The notes below the pieces were generated by a model. It saw only the letters and a list, made by a program, of their open reading frames with translations, was not told the DNA's origin and searched no databases. A program made the translations under genes and the position numbers. From Dicyema japonicum (taxonomy: Eukaryota > Animalia > Dicyemida), in the NCBI GenBank assembly GCA_011109175.1, contig RDEW01000044.1, positions 350,743 to 414,742 on the forward strand: a stretch of DNA of 64,000 nt. Reading direction: 5' to 3'. Shown one piece after another: positions 40,150 through 53,065 of this stretch (positions within the stretch are counted from its first letter, which is position 1; each line of letters opens with the position of its first letter).

Positions 40150-41755
40150 TTTAGGGTTTCTGAAATTACGAAAAAAAGTGGAAAACAGTTGCTTTCAGTT
40201 TTCGTAAAACAAAGTAGACATTTAATGCAATGGAATACCGTCTCCAACTTAGCTTTCAAATAATTAACCACTCAGTTAAAAAGGCTAAGATTTGTTTTAA
40301 TTGTAAAAACATTACATTCTTTTCGTTTTTTTCATGTTTTATTATTATTTTAAATACTTTAATTAAGAAAGACAAGAAAGTAACAGTTATATTGCGGCTG
40401 CCTTGATTGCGTGGCTATTCCCTTTCAGGATAGCGAGCGAGATTTGCTCAAATAGCCAACAGCGCTCACGAGGGTCTCCGTTTCGTGTAGCGATCCGATT
40501 CCCTAGACGACTCAAAAATTCTAGCTTCGCAGGCGAAAAGAAACCAGACGTCTTAACAGCGATGGAACAAACAAAAAATCCTTGGGTAGGAACGCCTACT
40601 TTTCCCGTTTCATCTTCTAGGCCTTCTCAGAGGCAGAACAGGCTCCAGAGGCACTCTGGAGATGGTTGCAAGATACAAATGAATCGGTGCAAATAACGTC
40701 TCAGACAAGAGGTTTCCCCTGCTTCAAAAAGGAATTTTGTCATCCCATTAGATCGTTTCCCGTCCCGCCAGCAAAGACTGACTGGGTTGAAAATGGAGGG
40801 GTGTTTGTTGGCGTCCAGAATTCGCCTAACGACATCATTTTAGGCCATATGTCTGGAAAATCAGCCTTCACTCTTCCAGTAGGAGAAGGGTATAGGTCGA
40901 AAACAGTCGATCTGGTTTCCGCATCGTCACAGATTTGGAACACAGACTTTTAATACCAGGTGCAATGAGATCCCAATAACGACGCATTCATATCCAGGAA
41001 GTACCCAGAACTGCATTGGGAATGGAATTGAACCAGGCACCGCTCTCAGAAGACGCACCCGACAACAAATATGCACGGGGAATGTTTCAGGTAGGGTTTC
41101 ATTGTTTTGTGGTTATTGAGCATTTTAATGTTTCATTGGAGAATTTCAATGTTTTACCTTTTTATGTTTTAGGTCCGTGGTTAATGGGTAATTAACGGGA
41201 AGAGTTATTTCATTAATCTATCTTTAAAAACATAGAAATCAATCTAATCATCGCCAAGATATTATCGAAGTTGAGTTGCCCCTGCAATTGCAAAAGAGAT
41301 CAACTGGTGAAGCCACAAGTCTCACGTGCGTGGTGCCTATTTAGTGTAGCTAGGCGTCCAAGTTTCTTTAGGAAACTAAGGGATTTTCCGCTTATTCCAT
41401 CTATATCTCAATTACGATAGTTTAGTCAAGTAATAATTGCTTTAAGGTAAATTCAAAGTATAATATTAAAGAATTTATTTTTTCAGTTAATGAAATCTCA
41501 AGAATTTATGTCAAATCTAAAAATTACCAATAAATTATTCTCAAAATAAACCAGAAAATAATACAAAAATAATTATAGACCCTGAAGTTCCAGCAGAATT
41601 CCTTCCAACTCTCACTGCTGTTCATTCCGATTGTAGCTTACACACATCTATGATGCATCCTGATTGACGAGTGACCTTTAAATCATTGATTACTCACTGC
41701 AGTACTAATTTGTCTACTTAAACTAGCATAAAATGAAAAAAGACGTTATGAATCC
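40150..41755 (+). repeat. Segmental duplication paralogous to 49330-52730
   Basis: Shared left flank, CRE F4, CRE F2 and SINE-like segments. Confidence 0.9.
40385..41090 (-). mobile_element. CRE F4 copy with a ~1.9-kb internal deletion
   Basis: Aligns to 49545-50270, then jumps to the sequence at about 52135-52150. Confidence 0.85.
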
Positions 41756-42299
41756 AAATGACAAATAAGAATTTTATATACAACGACTTGATTTACCAAC
41801 TATAATAAGCACGTTATTTAAGAATTAATAAATAATGGTTATCCAATATAATTATTATTATGGTCGAGACAACTGGAGGAATAAGTGGAAAATCGCTTCT
41901 CTTTCTAAAGAACTTGGACGCCTAGCTACACTAAAAAGTCACGACGCACGTGAGACCAGGTGGCTTCTCCAGTTGATCTCTGCTGCAATCGTGAGATGGA
42001 CGCAACGTCGTGTTATTAATTATTTATTTGTTGATTTGAATTTAATTATTATTATTATTAAAAATTATTAAAAGCACATTCACAGAACCAAAGAACGTTA
42101 TATTAACTAAGGGTTGTTGAATAAATTATTAACTAAGGTTCAAAAGACCTGGATGTTCGTTATGGCAATGGTCGAAGGAATAAATGACCCAACATGACTT
42201 TTTCGACCCTTAAACGGTTCACTCAGTAATCAGGTGCATAAGTAACTCGTCGTCCCGCGGTTCAGATGACATCTCCATTCTCCAACTGAAACACCTGTG

Positions 42300-42730
42300 T
42301 CCTTCCACGACGGCCGCAATAACATAAATTTTCTACCTCTCAATAAACGAATACAAAATTCCGTCAAAATGGAAGAAATCTCTGATACACCCTATCTTCT
42401 CCTCACATTCACTCATCAAGTGTATCTAGTTACCGAGGATCCAAAAGAAAATTGGAATTCTCAAGACTTTCACTCACTCTCCATTATCTTCCCGTCCATC
42501 GTTAGAGCTTCTATACAAACAATTTGTTCTACCTAGTATCGAGTAAGCCTGTGCTGCATGGATCGCCCTCTATCAAAAATTCGACACAAAGCAAGCTGGA
42601 GATTTTACAAAATCGATGTCTCAGGATTCTATTCAGGTCGTCGAAAAAGACGTCCACCTCGTTACTGCAGAGAATACTAAACGTTCCCAATCATGAAGTA
42701 CCTTACGGAACGTCAATATGACTTCCTCAA
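42300..42730 (+). mobile_element. LINE post-RT (thumb) fragment
   Basis: KLEILQNRCLRIL...TSTSLLQRILNVP. Confidence 0.65.
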
Positions 42731-43435
42731 ACGGCAAAGTCCTCAACTCAGAGTCAGAGTATATATAAGAAGAAACCTTCCCAGCATTGGAGATTAATCC
42801 AGGACTCCAAAACTAACCACAGAAAAAAAACTGGTATTGACACAGATCACTTAATTAGACGATAGCTTTTATTCACTTCTCTTGATTTCGGGATTAATAA
42901 AATAAATAAAATTAACTAAGGTCCCGTTTGTGCCACACGTTTCGAAATTTGATTCATTAGGCGTCTCCATCGTCTTCTGCTTTGCGCATCTGTCCGTAGA
43001 TATTCTAATGTATCTCGTAAGTTCCAATCCATCATATAAGGCAATTGTCTTGAATTGGCTTCATTATCCTGTCTAAATAATTTTTAATAACTATAGGAAA
43101 CTTTTGTATATATTCTGCCAGTTTTAAAGGCATATTCATCGTATTTCCATTTACGATATTCTTCCATTTTCTCATTCCTGTAATTCGTCGTCGTCGGCAT
43201 TCAATTGTTCTACCGAATTTTTAGCATAACTTCTCCAAATATCCATTACGGAATTCAGTTCCTTTGTCTGTATGTAAAGTCAATGGAGGGTCGATTCGTC
43301 TGAACACAGTTTGCAATAAATTGTCTATCTCGTCAGCTTAAGCTCTGTCGGTCTTTTGCGTTCTGCAAGTCCCTCATTGAGTTTCTCCAAATAAATTCAT
43401 AAAGATAACAAGTGAATAATTGATTTTATGTTCCT

Positions 43436-43640
43436 TTATGCAATTAGAATCAAATTTATACCATATTGTTGACGACTTTTTCTTTTAGCACGCTGCCATA
43501 GATTCTCGATGGACTGCGTGTAGACATTTGGATCGGCGATATCAACAAAATTTTGGGAGTGATTCACCAAAGAATGTCTGTATATACCGTCATCCCATTG
43601 TGGATTGACTGATATGCCAGCCATCCATCCGTTATAATCC
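43436..43640 (-). mobile_element. Merlin transposase fragment
   Basis: HSLVNHSQNFVD...VYTQSIENLWQRAKRK. Confidence 0.8.
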
Positions 43641-44809
43641 TCGTCTTACACATTTCCAATCTAATTATTACACATTTTCAAAAATAACCTTGCACAGTCT
43701 GCAGAAAATTGTGTTCTTTATCAAACGCCGTGCTACACACAACTTTATGCATTCCTCCAGACTCGGTGTACTCATCAGAAGCCTCAACAGGGAGAGTCGT
43801 TCGGTTGAATGGCAGCACGACTCATTATTTCTTCTTGTTAAATTATGCTCTTGCTACCAGCTCGCACATGTTATTCAAATTTGTTCAAATATAAAACAGA
43901 AAGTTACTCTAAATATGCTGATATAATTTAAAATATAATTATTTTTTATTCTCGAAAAAATATTGCTCATTAAACTGTAACATTGCTAGCTCTTCCTCTT
44001 CCTTGCAACAAATCTCAATTTAGTTTGATTTCTAATTGAATAAAACTATCATTTTCAAAATTAAAGATTTAGATATTTGATTTAGCCCAAACCTTTTCAC
44101 TCTTGATACAAGATCTACTGCCCCCAAATTGCGTGGATTGAGTATTGAATTCTTTATTTTTAGAGTGTTTCTTTGTCGAGACTCACTAAACCCATTCAGA
44201 CACGTTATATTTTTTTTAAATTGTAGCTTATTAATATATATAATTTTATAAATATTTGTCGTTTTCTAATAAGCTTGTTATTAAAAAAATTTGTTATAGA
44301 GCGTTACACAACGGCCCCGTTATACCTATGGACTGTCACATGAATTTATTCAAATTTGTATTTGGCTGGCGGACACAGTTTGACAATCTCTGGATTAGAG
44401 AATTGTTCAAAATTATAGTCTAATAATTTTATTAATAAATAATAACCATCCAGAATATTTAGTATTACATTCTTCTCACGTGTCTTCGCTTCTGCCACAA
44501 ACAAAAAATTTTTCTAACTGTTTACTATTATCTTCATCGACTGTAGGCTGTTTGATTACTATTAATTTCTGCACAGGATGATTAGAAATTATAGCCTTAA
44601 TAAAATATGAAGAATTGTATCAAAAAATAATTTTTAAAGCAAACAGTAAATAGTTCGAATCTACTAATAAGTAGAGACTCTCTTTCTAATAAGTAGAGAG
44701 AATGAAACGTATTCTATGAAAAATAATTCGTTTTATTGAAATATTGGTACCGTGGGATTAACTCCACGAGATTCAATTATTCTAATAATCTAGGAATTAG
44801 AAGACGAAA

Positions 44810-45420
44810 CGAACCGTGTTTGTCGGGGACTTAGCCAACGAGGTCACTGAGAAAATATTAAGGGATAGATTTAATCACCTCGGGGAAATAATGTAGCCAA
44901 TACTCGGTAAACTTAAATAGGGATGCTAGACTCGTTATGAACCCCCAAACGAACTGTCATAGAGGAAATGAATGGCATAGTCATCCAAGGACGTCCTATC
45001 CGAGTAAAGGAGGCGCTAGTGCAGAATCGAGGTACTACTAATTCTTATTTCAGCCAATAATAATTTTGGTGGAATCTTTTATTCGGGGTCTATGGTCAAT
45101 ACGACCATATATGTTCGGAATCTACCCCCAAATATCTCAGAACGGGAGATAAAGCCAATTTTCGAAAAACAAGGTTCATATTAGAAATAAGGCTTTATCC
45201 CGGGCGGAACTATTGCTTCTTTACGTTTATTTTTGCTAATCCTTTTGTTACCAAGACTACCCCTCCGCAGTTTCTGCTATTTTGTTAAATAACGGATTAA
45301 TTATAAGAAATCAACGACTAACCTGTGGATGGGTTAGGAATCAAATATTAAATAAATTTTATAATTTAGGAAATTCCAGTCTAAAGTTATTATGGGGGTA
45401 TTATTTCCCACCTGTTTTCT
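44810..45420 (+). pseudogene. TIA1/TIAR-like RNA-binding protein pseudogene (RRM2 + RRM3)
   Basis: RTVFVGDLANEVTEKILRDRFNHLGEIM|DARLVMNPQTNCHRG ... IEEMNGIVIQGRPIRV ... NTTIYVRNLPPNISEREIKPIFE ... ILEIRLYPGRNYCF ... YPSAVSAILLNNGLIIRNQRLTCGW resembles TIA-1 RRM2/RRM3. Introns 44893-44920 (28 nt) and 45032-45053 (22 nt); RRM2 RNP1 deleted; frameshift near 45170. Confidence 0.7.
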
Positions 45421-47299
45421 TCAATTATTAATCATTTCTTTTCTTTTTTTCGGCGGACTCTTCGGTCAAGGAAAGAAAATTACCGTTCGAAAGAATTTCT
45501 CTACACTCAATTCATTCTGCTTTTTTTGATTTTTTTGTTTTGAATAATACAAATTTCTCATTATATATTGAATTGATTATTATATAGTCAAAATAACATA
45601 GATTCAGATATATTTTTTAAGCTCGCAAAGATGACAAGCACAGTCTAAGCCCGACTCTTTTACTCTATTTTTGTTTTGATTGATAAACAAACTATATCTC
45701 ATTTATTTGTATGTTGTCTTGAATTACAGTCTCACACATAGTCAGAGGTGGATAAAATCTTAGGTTTTATTCATAATTTTGGTGAAATCTTCAGTACATA
45801 ACAGTAATGAATAAGTGGGAAATTTACTGTCAAATATCTTCGAAAGAGAATTAAGAATATTTTTGGCAGAACAGGTTTTATTTACAGCATTAGGCATTTT
45901 CATGAGAAAGGCATTGCTTCGTAACGTGATTTTATTTTGCAGAATAACAAAAAATATTTATAAGAATTTGCGATTAACTTGTGGATGAGTAAGGAGTCAT
46001 GTATTAAATTCTAGCTCTGAGTTTTCATGGTGGGTATTATTTCCCAGCCATCCTCTGTTAACCAGACGAGACTAAAAATGAAAATGACATCAACTCAAAT
46101 TAATAGTAATTTCCATTTTCGTCGAGTCGTGAGGAATTCGAGGCCAAGGAAAACCGAGTTAAGGATCCACTATTTTTTTAAATAAATTGTAAGAAACACC
46201 GAATATCTTGTTGATAGGGAGCGGTCGAGTAAAAATAGATTTATTGATTTTAGGAAAATCCATGAGTTATTATCGAGTATGTTATTTCCCATCATACTTT
46301 TTGTTTTATGATTAATAAATATATTATTTCTGTTTTATTTTTAAGTAGTATTTGAATGCAGTCTCCCATAGTGGAGTGATTGAGCTGATGTTTCAATAAT
46401 TTGCGAGTAAAATGCCTCCATTATTATGCTACAAAAACTGAGTGAAAGCAAAATTTGGATTTCAAAAAACAATGGAAATTCCTTAAATATGACTTTAATA
46501 CACGGTGGACCACCCAATTATTGGTTATTAACACCCTTCTGCTCATAGAGATAATTAAATACTGTTTTCGGAAAATTAATAAACAATATAGATTGTTAAC
46601 TCTTGCTCTACTGATAAAATGACAGGGTTGCGGTTCAATAACTATGACAGGTTTCATTGGTTTGAAACCACGTTTCTATAAAACATTTCCAAAATTAATG
46701 AGCGGATATAAAAAATGAAGTATTGAATTAATAATAGAGATTCTTTAGGTTTTATTAATGACAGAGAATAACCAGTAAATCGTTTCATTTCAAAATTAAA
46801 ATAACATAGACTTGGAAATAGTATCTCAATCAGCAAAGTGAAGGTTGTACAAGGAAATATAAAAGTTTGTTTTTCACTCGAATTTTTCGTTTTTGTATAT
46901 AATGTAATAAATAATTACATTTCCATTAGACTTTATAGGACCAATTAACAAGTGGGTATTAACAGCTTTGTTCTCATGGACAAAATAAATCGGTAATTAA
47001 TAGAAATTAGATCAAAAAATATCTGTGTTATAGTAATTTGAAAACATCATTAGAGACACATGCTTATTCGATTTTGAAACTATTTCCAAGAATGTATGAT
47101 GATTAAATAATTCGTAACAAAATGATTTATTTTATAAATTACTGTTTATAATGATGTTATTTTTTGATTATTGTTTGTTTGCTTTAAATTTGAGGCATTT
47201 AATAACAAAATTATATTTTTAAGTAGTTTCTAATTATAGTCTCACATAGTCTATTAATTAAGGTTTTACTAATAATTTAAGTGGAATCTTTACCCAGGA

Positions 47300-47620
47300 T
47301 CTGTGGTGAATAGGACAGTATATGTGGGGAATTTAACAACAAATATCTGAGAATGGGAGTTAAAGCTGATTTGTGAAAGAACAGGATTTATATTCAAAAT
47401 GAGGCTATATCCTTTGAAGAACAATTCCTTCATAATGTAATTTTCACTATTCCTTTAGTTACTATCCATTGCAGAATCAAATATTCTGTTAAATAACGGA
47501 TTATTTATAGTTTCTCAGAAAATTCCTTGTGGATGTGAAAGAATCAGTATTAAATTGATTTATTGAGGAAAATCCAGTCCGAGTTATTATGGAAAGTATT
47601 ATTTCACAACGTCTTCTACT
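47300..47620 (+). pseudogene. Further decayed RRM3 module
   Basis: VNRTVYVGNLTTNI*EWELKLICERTGFIFKMRLYPLKNNSF; in-frame stops. Confidence 0.65.
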
Positions 47621-49544
47621 TGTCCGACGTAGATAAGAATAAAAGGACATAAATGGAAATAAGCAATAAAATCGTTTGTCCTGTTTCAAATTAATAAATT
47701 AAAGTAGATATGAAATTAAAAGCAGCTCAACGGATCTAAAGGATCGTTGATCTAAAAGACCAACTCATAAATTATTCTAAACATTTGTGTATTGAAAAAA
47801 TAAAGTTTTGAATAAACAATAGAAATTGTTAGGTTTGTTTTTGAAGACAACGGAAACAATAGTTAGTAAAATAATGTTTTAGGCATTTCACCAAACAATT
47901 CAGATTGTGTTTAATAAGCGGAAATTGAAAATGAAAATTACCGAGAAATGAAATGATTGTGCTATTTTTAATGTTTTGTTTGTTTGTTTCGAATTGGAGG
48001 TATTTAATAACCAAATAATGTTTATGTGTGAATTATGATGAGATTTCTATTTGCGGCTCTCATTTCTCTAAGTAGTTTATATATTAATTATTACTAGAAT
48101 ATTACATAGTTTATTACATAATTCAATTTCATAATTTGTTGTATGAATCAGATTGGGTTTTGTGTGAAAGCTTGTTGAGGAAAAATGCGTGGGTCAACAT
48201 ATTATTCAGAATAAAAATTTATACAAAACTTCTTGTTTTTGAGAGAAAGTTATATGTCAGTTATCGAAATTAACATGATGATAAATGGGTAATGTTGAAT
48301 TCATAGTTTATGTCATCCTTTTACTTTAAACCTAGCATATTAACCAATTTTGGTGGGAGATGACTTAGGAATAGACTAAAATGTATCAGCGACTTGTAAG
48401 ACCTCGTTAGTAAGATTTTGATATTTTTGAATTATCCTAGATATATTAAATAATAAATTGTTAAATAATATTAGTACATCTGATTTTAGAGCAAATATGA
48501 ATAAATATATCCACGTGAATATACTGAAAATTCAACTGCGTATCATTTTAAGCAACATTATAGACTGAAATCGACAACAGCTATAACAGAATTAACTCAG
48601 ACGTCTAATCTACTGGAAAATACTGAAAAGTCAACTCCATATCACTATATTAGCATTATAGACAATAATCGACACTACAGAATTATGTGCAGCAACGACT
48701 GCAAAGTCATCCTTGACTAAAAAATAATAAAAATTAATTTATTTAACAGATCACTCAAAAAAATGAACCATCAGAATCAATCATTCTACAGAAGACTAAA
48801 ACAAAAATAAACACTACTCTGACAGTAAAAAGTTAAAATGAAGAAAATAATCTACTTACTCATGTAGAATATGACTATCGAGAGACTGCGGAGTATTCAC
48901 TAGTTTCATTTTGTTCTCATTCGTGTTGATTCTATTTTTTTAGTGTATGGAATTTTTTATAATTTAAAATCAAAATTTTTTTTTTTTTTTTTAAGAACAA
49001 AAATTTATTAACAATAAAATATTATTTATTAACTATGGGGGAGAGCGGCTGCTGACATCACGGAGTAAGCGTTTCCGCGAATAACAGCGATACCAATTCT
49101 TCCGCGAATAACAGCGAATCAAAAATGAATACAAAAAGACTCCAGACATGAAGATTAATCTCGCAAACATGCAAGTCACTGTTATTTATTATTCATAGAT
49201 TGTTGGTTATTAGAAAATTAAGTTATTCTTCCAGCTTATGATAGATGATAATCAAGTTTTTCCAATTTAGGGTTGAGGAGATTTTATCCATACTATTCGT
49301 GTACTTGACACTTCTTGTGAATAGAACTTCGGGTTTCTGCAATTACGAAAAAAGTGAAAAACAGTTGCTTTCAGTTGTCGTAAAACAAAGTAGACATTTA
49401 ATGCAATGGAATAACGTCTCCACCACTCAGTTCAAAAGGCTAAGATTTGTTTTAATTGTAGAAACATTACATTCTTTTCGTTTTTATTTTTTCATGTTTT
49501 ATTTTTATTTTAAATATTTTTATTAAGGAAAGACAAAAAAGTAA

Positions 49545-52146
49545 ACTGTTATATTGCGGCTGCCCTGACTACGTGGCTATTCCCTCTTATGATAGCGAGC
49601 AGATTCGCTCAAATAACTAGCAGCGCTCACTAGGGTCTCCTTTTCGTGTAGCGATCCGATTCCCTAGACGAGTCAAAAATCCTACGTCGCAAGCGCAAGG
49701 GAACCAGACGTCTCACTGGGGAGTGGAACAAACAAAAACTCCTTGGGTAGGACCGCCTACTTTTCCCGTTTCATCTTCTCGTCCTTCTCTGCTGCAGAAC
49801 AGGCTCCAGAGGCACTCTGGAGATGGTTGCAATATGCAAATGTGTCGGTGCAGGTAACGTCTCAGACAAGAGGTTTCCCGGCTCAAAAGGGAAGATTATT
49901 ATCCCATCACGTCGTCTCCCGTCCCGCCTGCAAAGACCGACTGGTTCGAATATGGAGGGGAGTCCGGCGGCGTCCAAAATTCGCCTAACGACTTCGTTCA
50001 AGGCCATGAGTCTGGGAAATTTGCATGCACTCTTCTTGTATGAGAGAGGGTGTAGGTCGAAACAGTCGATCTGGTATCCGCATTGGCACGGATGTGGAAT
50101 ACAGACTTTTATTCCCAGTCGCAGTGGGATCCCAATAAAAACGTCAAAAAATGAACCATCAGAATTATAACATCATCCAGGAAGGTACCCAGAACTGCAT
50201 TGAGAATGAAGTTGAGCCAGACACCGCTCTCAGAACACGCTTCCGACATCAAACAGGCACGGCAATGTTGGATAGTTGACACTAGCAAATCTTTGAAAGA
50301 ATTCCAGCATATAGCATCATCCAAGCTCCGCTGAGAGAACGAAAAAGGCAGGGAAAACTAATACGTGCGGCTCCAGGCCTTACCAGCATGTCCAGCGTCC
50401 TCGTCAATAGAGAATTCAGGTAGTCTTTTACATGGGAGATACAGGCTACTAGCGATGATAGGTATGAAGGAGAGAAAGGTCCATATGGTTCCAAAATTCA
50501 AGTCTTCCGAGTCTTACTGGCAGCGTGGCATGCTTTTATGAGTAATCCTCGAACCGGACGTTGAAGATACCTTCCACTATCGTACGGAAGATCTCGTTAA
50601 TCTGTGCGAGTTGGTCACACAAAGTGAAACAGGGAGCAGTCCTCAAGACATATGCAAGCATCTGTACGTTAAGAATGTTTTTCATTAGGAACAATGCTGA
50701 TTGCATGTCAGATAGACACAAGAGGTTCAGAGAGTCTCCGAGTAACAGTCGTTTTTTACGTATAGCTCTTCCCATTGCATTTATGGTGATTGGGGATCCT
50801 AGGAATATAAGTTCATCATCGGATGTGGAAATACTTCTAGGCAGTAAATTTCCGAAAAATGACAAAGCGTTTGAATACTTCTCTTCTGAAAGTCTGCATT
50901 TGTAGAATTTGCATTTAATGTAATTTAATTCCAGTCCAACTACCAACAGGAATCACTTCAAAATCTCGAAAAAATTATCACTTCCAAATCTCTGAAATAG
51001 TATCTGGGGGTCCTCCGAGGACCGCATCATCCAGATACCCTGTTGCACTTAAGAAAACTAATGGATTAGGAAGTCCCCTAAAAGTAAGGATGAAAGTGAG
51101 CTTGTAACTGATTCAAAAATTCGAAAATATTGGGGCATCTCTCAAAACACTCCTCCAGGAAATTGTCCCTCCATTGACTATTAAAGGCGTTCTTGATGTC
51201 CATTTTGACCAGGACATGTCTTGGAGAATCTACTATACTGCGGTTTATGAAATTCCTCACTGAATGGAGAGCGGCGTCGCATCCCAAGCGAATACCGACA
51301 CCTACTTGAGGGGGGTTCAAGAATTTTGTGACGAGTGGAATAGAATCTCTGCTGGCGATTTTAGCAACCAGTCTTCTTGGAGACAAACCCGACCGCAACT
51401 GGTCGTACTCCGCTACCCTTCTTATCAAAGGCTATCAAATTGGCGGAGAACTAAACATGGCTGATAACTTCGAAAAGAACTCCAGACATGATCCGGTTCA
51501 TATTTAAAGTAATTGAATTCGTAAAACGAATTCCCGGTCTCCTACAGACAAAGAGGTTAGATCCTTCAGGAAGCCAGGTCTCAACAGTCGAGCCCGCCAC
51601 TGTTACTAGGGGCAAAATTCCGTATTGCGAGGAGAACTTTATCGTTTGATGCAATCAGGGATTCACACCGGATGGGGAGCGACTTGGAGTAGGTTTTGGG
51701 GATGGCAGTGGATGCTTGTTTAGTAAATTATTGTAGGTGTCTGGAGTCGGTTTTCGTGGTCCACTCGAGGAAAGTGCCCTGATGGCTGCGCGGGTGCCAC
51801 CTTCGTTCTCTTGAGACGGTGCATTTCGACTTCCTCGTTCTGACCACGTGTCTCCCTCGTACGGTTAGAAGTCATCGGACAACTGGGTATGTGAATACCC
51901 CCCAAAAAAACGAATGTTGTTCCTCATGGTGGTAGCAAGAGACTCCTTTCCGCGACCATCTCGATAAAGTCCCAGTGCGGAAGGCGCAAAACTGAATAAG
52001 CGCATCCAATCATGTACTGCGTTAGTCCGGAGGGCATCTTCGATCGATTTGGAAAGGGCCTCCGCAGCGATAAGTCGTACGGCCTTGGAAATCCTCAAAG
52101 GGATAGTCCGTGGAGAACTTAGAGATGAGACGTAGGAATGTTTCAT
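49545..52146 (-). mobile_element. CRE-clade retrotransposon (lineage F4), near full-length, degenerate
   Basis: N-terminal IPLRISKAVR...WMRLFSF, RT (QVGVGIRLGCDAALH, KMDIKNAFNS, YLDD), RHMALNEVVRR, RRDGRRRDG, C-terminus LFERICLAIIRGNS; many frameshifts. Confidence 0.88.
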
Positions 52147-52765
52147 GGTCCGTGGTTGATGGGTAATTAACAGGACAGTTATTTCGTTAATCTATCTTCA
52201 AAAACATAGAAATTAATCTAAAATCATCGCCGCATATATTATCGAAGTTGAGTTGCTTCTCGCGATTGCAAAAGAGATCAACTGTGAAGCCACAAATCTC
52301 ACGTGAGTGATGCCTATTTAGTGTAGCTAGCCGTCCAAGTTCTTTAGGAAACGAAAAGATTTCCCGCTTATTCCTTATGGTGTCTCAACTACGATGGGTT
52401 AGTAAAGTAAAAATTGCTTTAAGGTAAATTCAAAGTAATAATATTAAAGAATTTATTTTTTCAGTTAATGAAATCTTAACAATTTATGTCAAATCTAAAA
52501 ATTACCAATAAATTGTTCCAAAATAAACCAGAAAATAATACAAAGATAATTATAGACCCTTAAGTTCCAGCAGAATTCCTTCCAACTCTCACTGCTGTCC
52601 ATTCCGATTGAGGTTTCCACACCTCTATGATGCCTCCTGATTGGGGAGTGACCTTTAAATCATTGATTACTCAATGCGGGACTAATTTGTCTACTTAAAC
52701 TAGCATAAAATGAAAAAAGACGTCATGAACATTCTTAATAACTCGTCGGCGATATTCGGATCATT

Positions 52766-53065
52766 AAAAAAAGTAAGCACTACCGTGTTGCTATAAGCTA
52801 AGGAACACACACTTTATTTAAGAAAGAACAGTTATTATAACTAATCGTAAAGGGAGAACCAAGGAGTACTCTTTACTTGTTTTTTCTTTTTCTTGGGTTT
52901 ATGTTTTTTTGACAATCCAGTTCCGCAGTGAATCTCCACTGATGACGTCGTCACTCATCAAACTTTTTCAACATCGTAGATGCGTGGAACCTTCCACCAG
53001 GTGAACAACAGCGAACATTGAACCCGTGACCTAAGCCACTTTGTCTAACACCTAGACACTATACC
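52766..53065 (-). mobile_element. tRNA-headed SINE with 12-bp TSD; relatives at about 256-490 (+), 16680-17010 (-), diverged 41600-41710, 52585-52695, 57400-57610
   Basis: A-box-like tggtatagtg and B-box-like ggttcaat; shared core (cacctggtggaaggttccacgcatctacgatg...gagtgacg..gtcatcagtgga); tail aataaagtgtgtgt; TSD attcggatcatt at 52754-52765 and 53066-53077. Confidence 0.8.
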
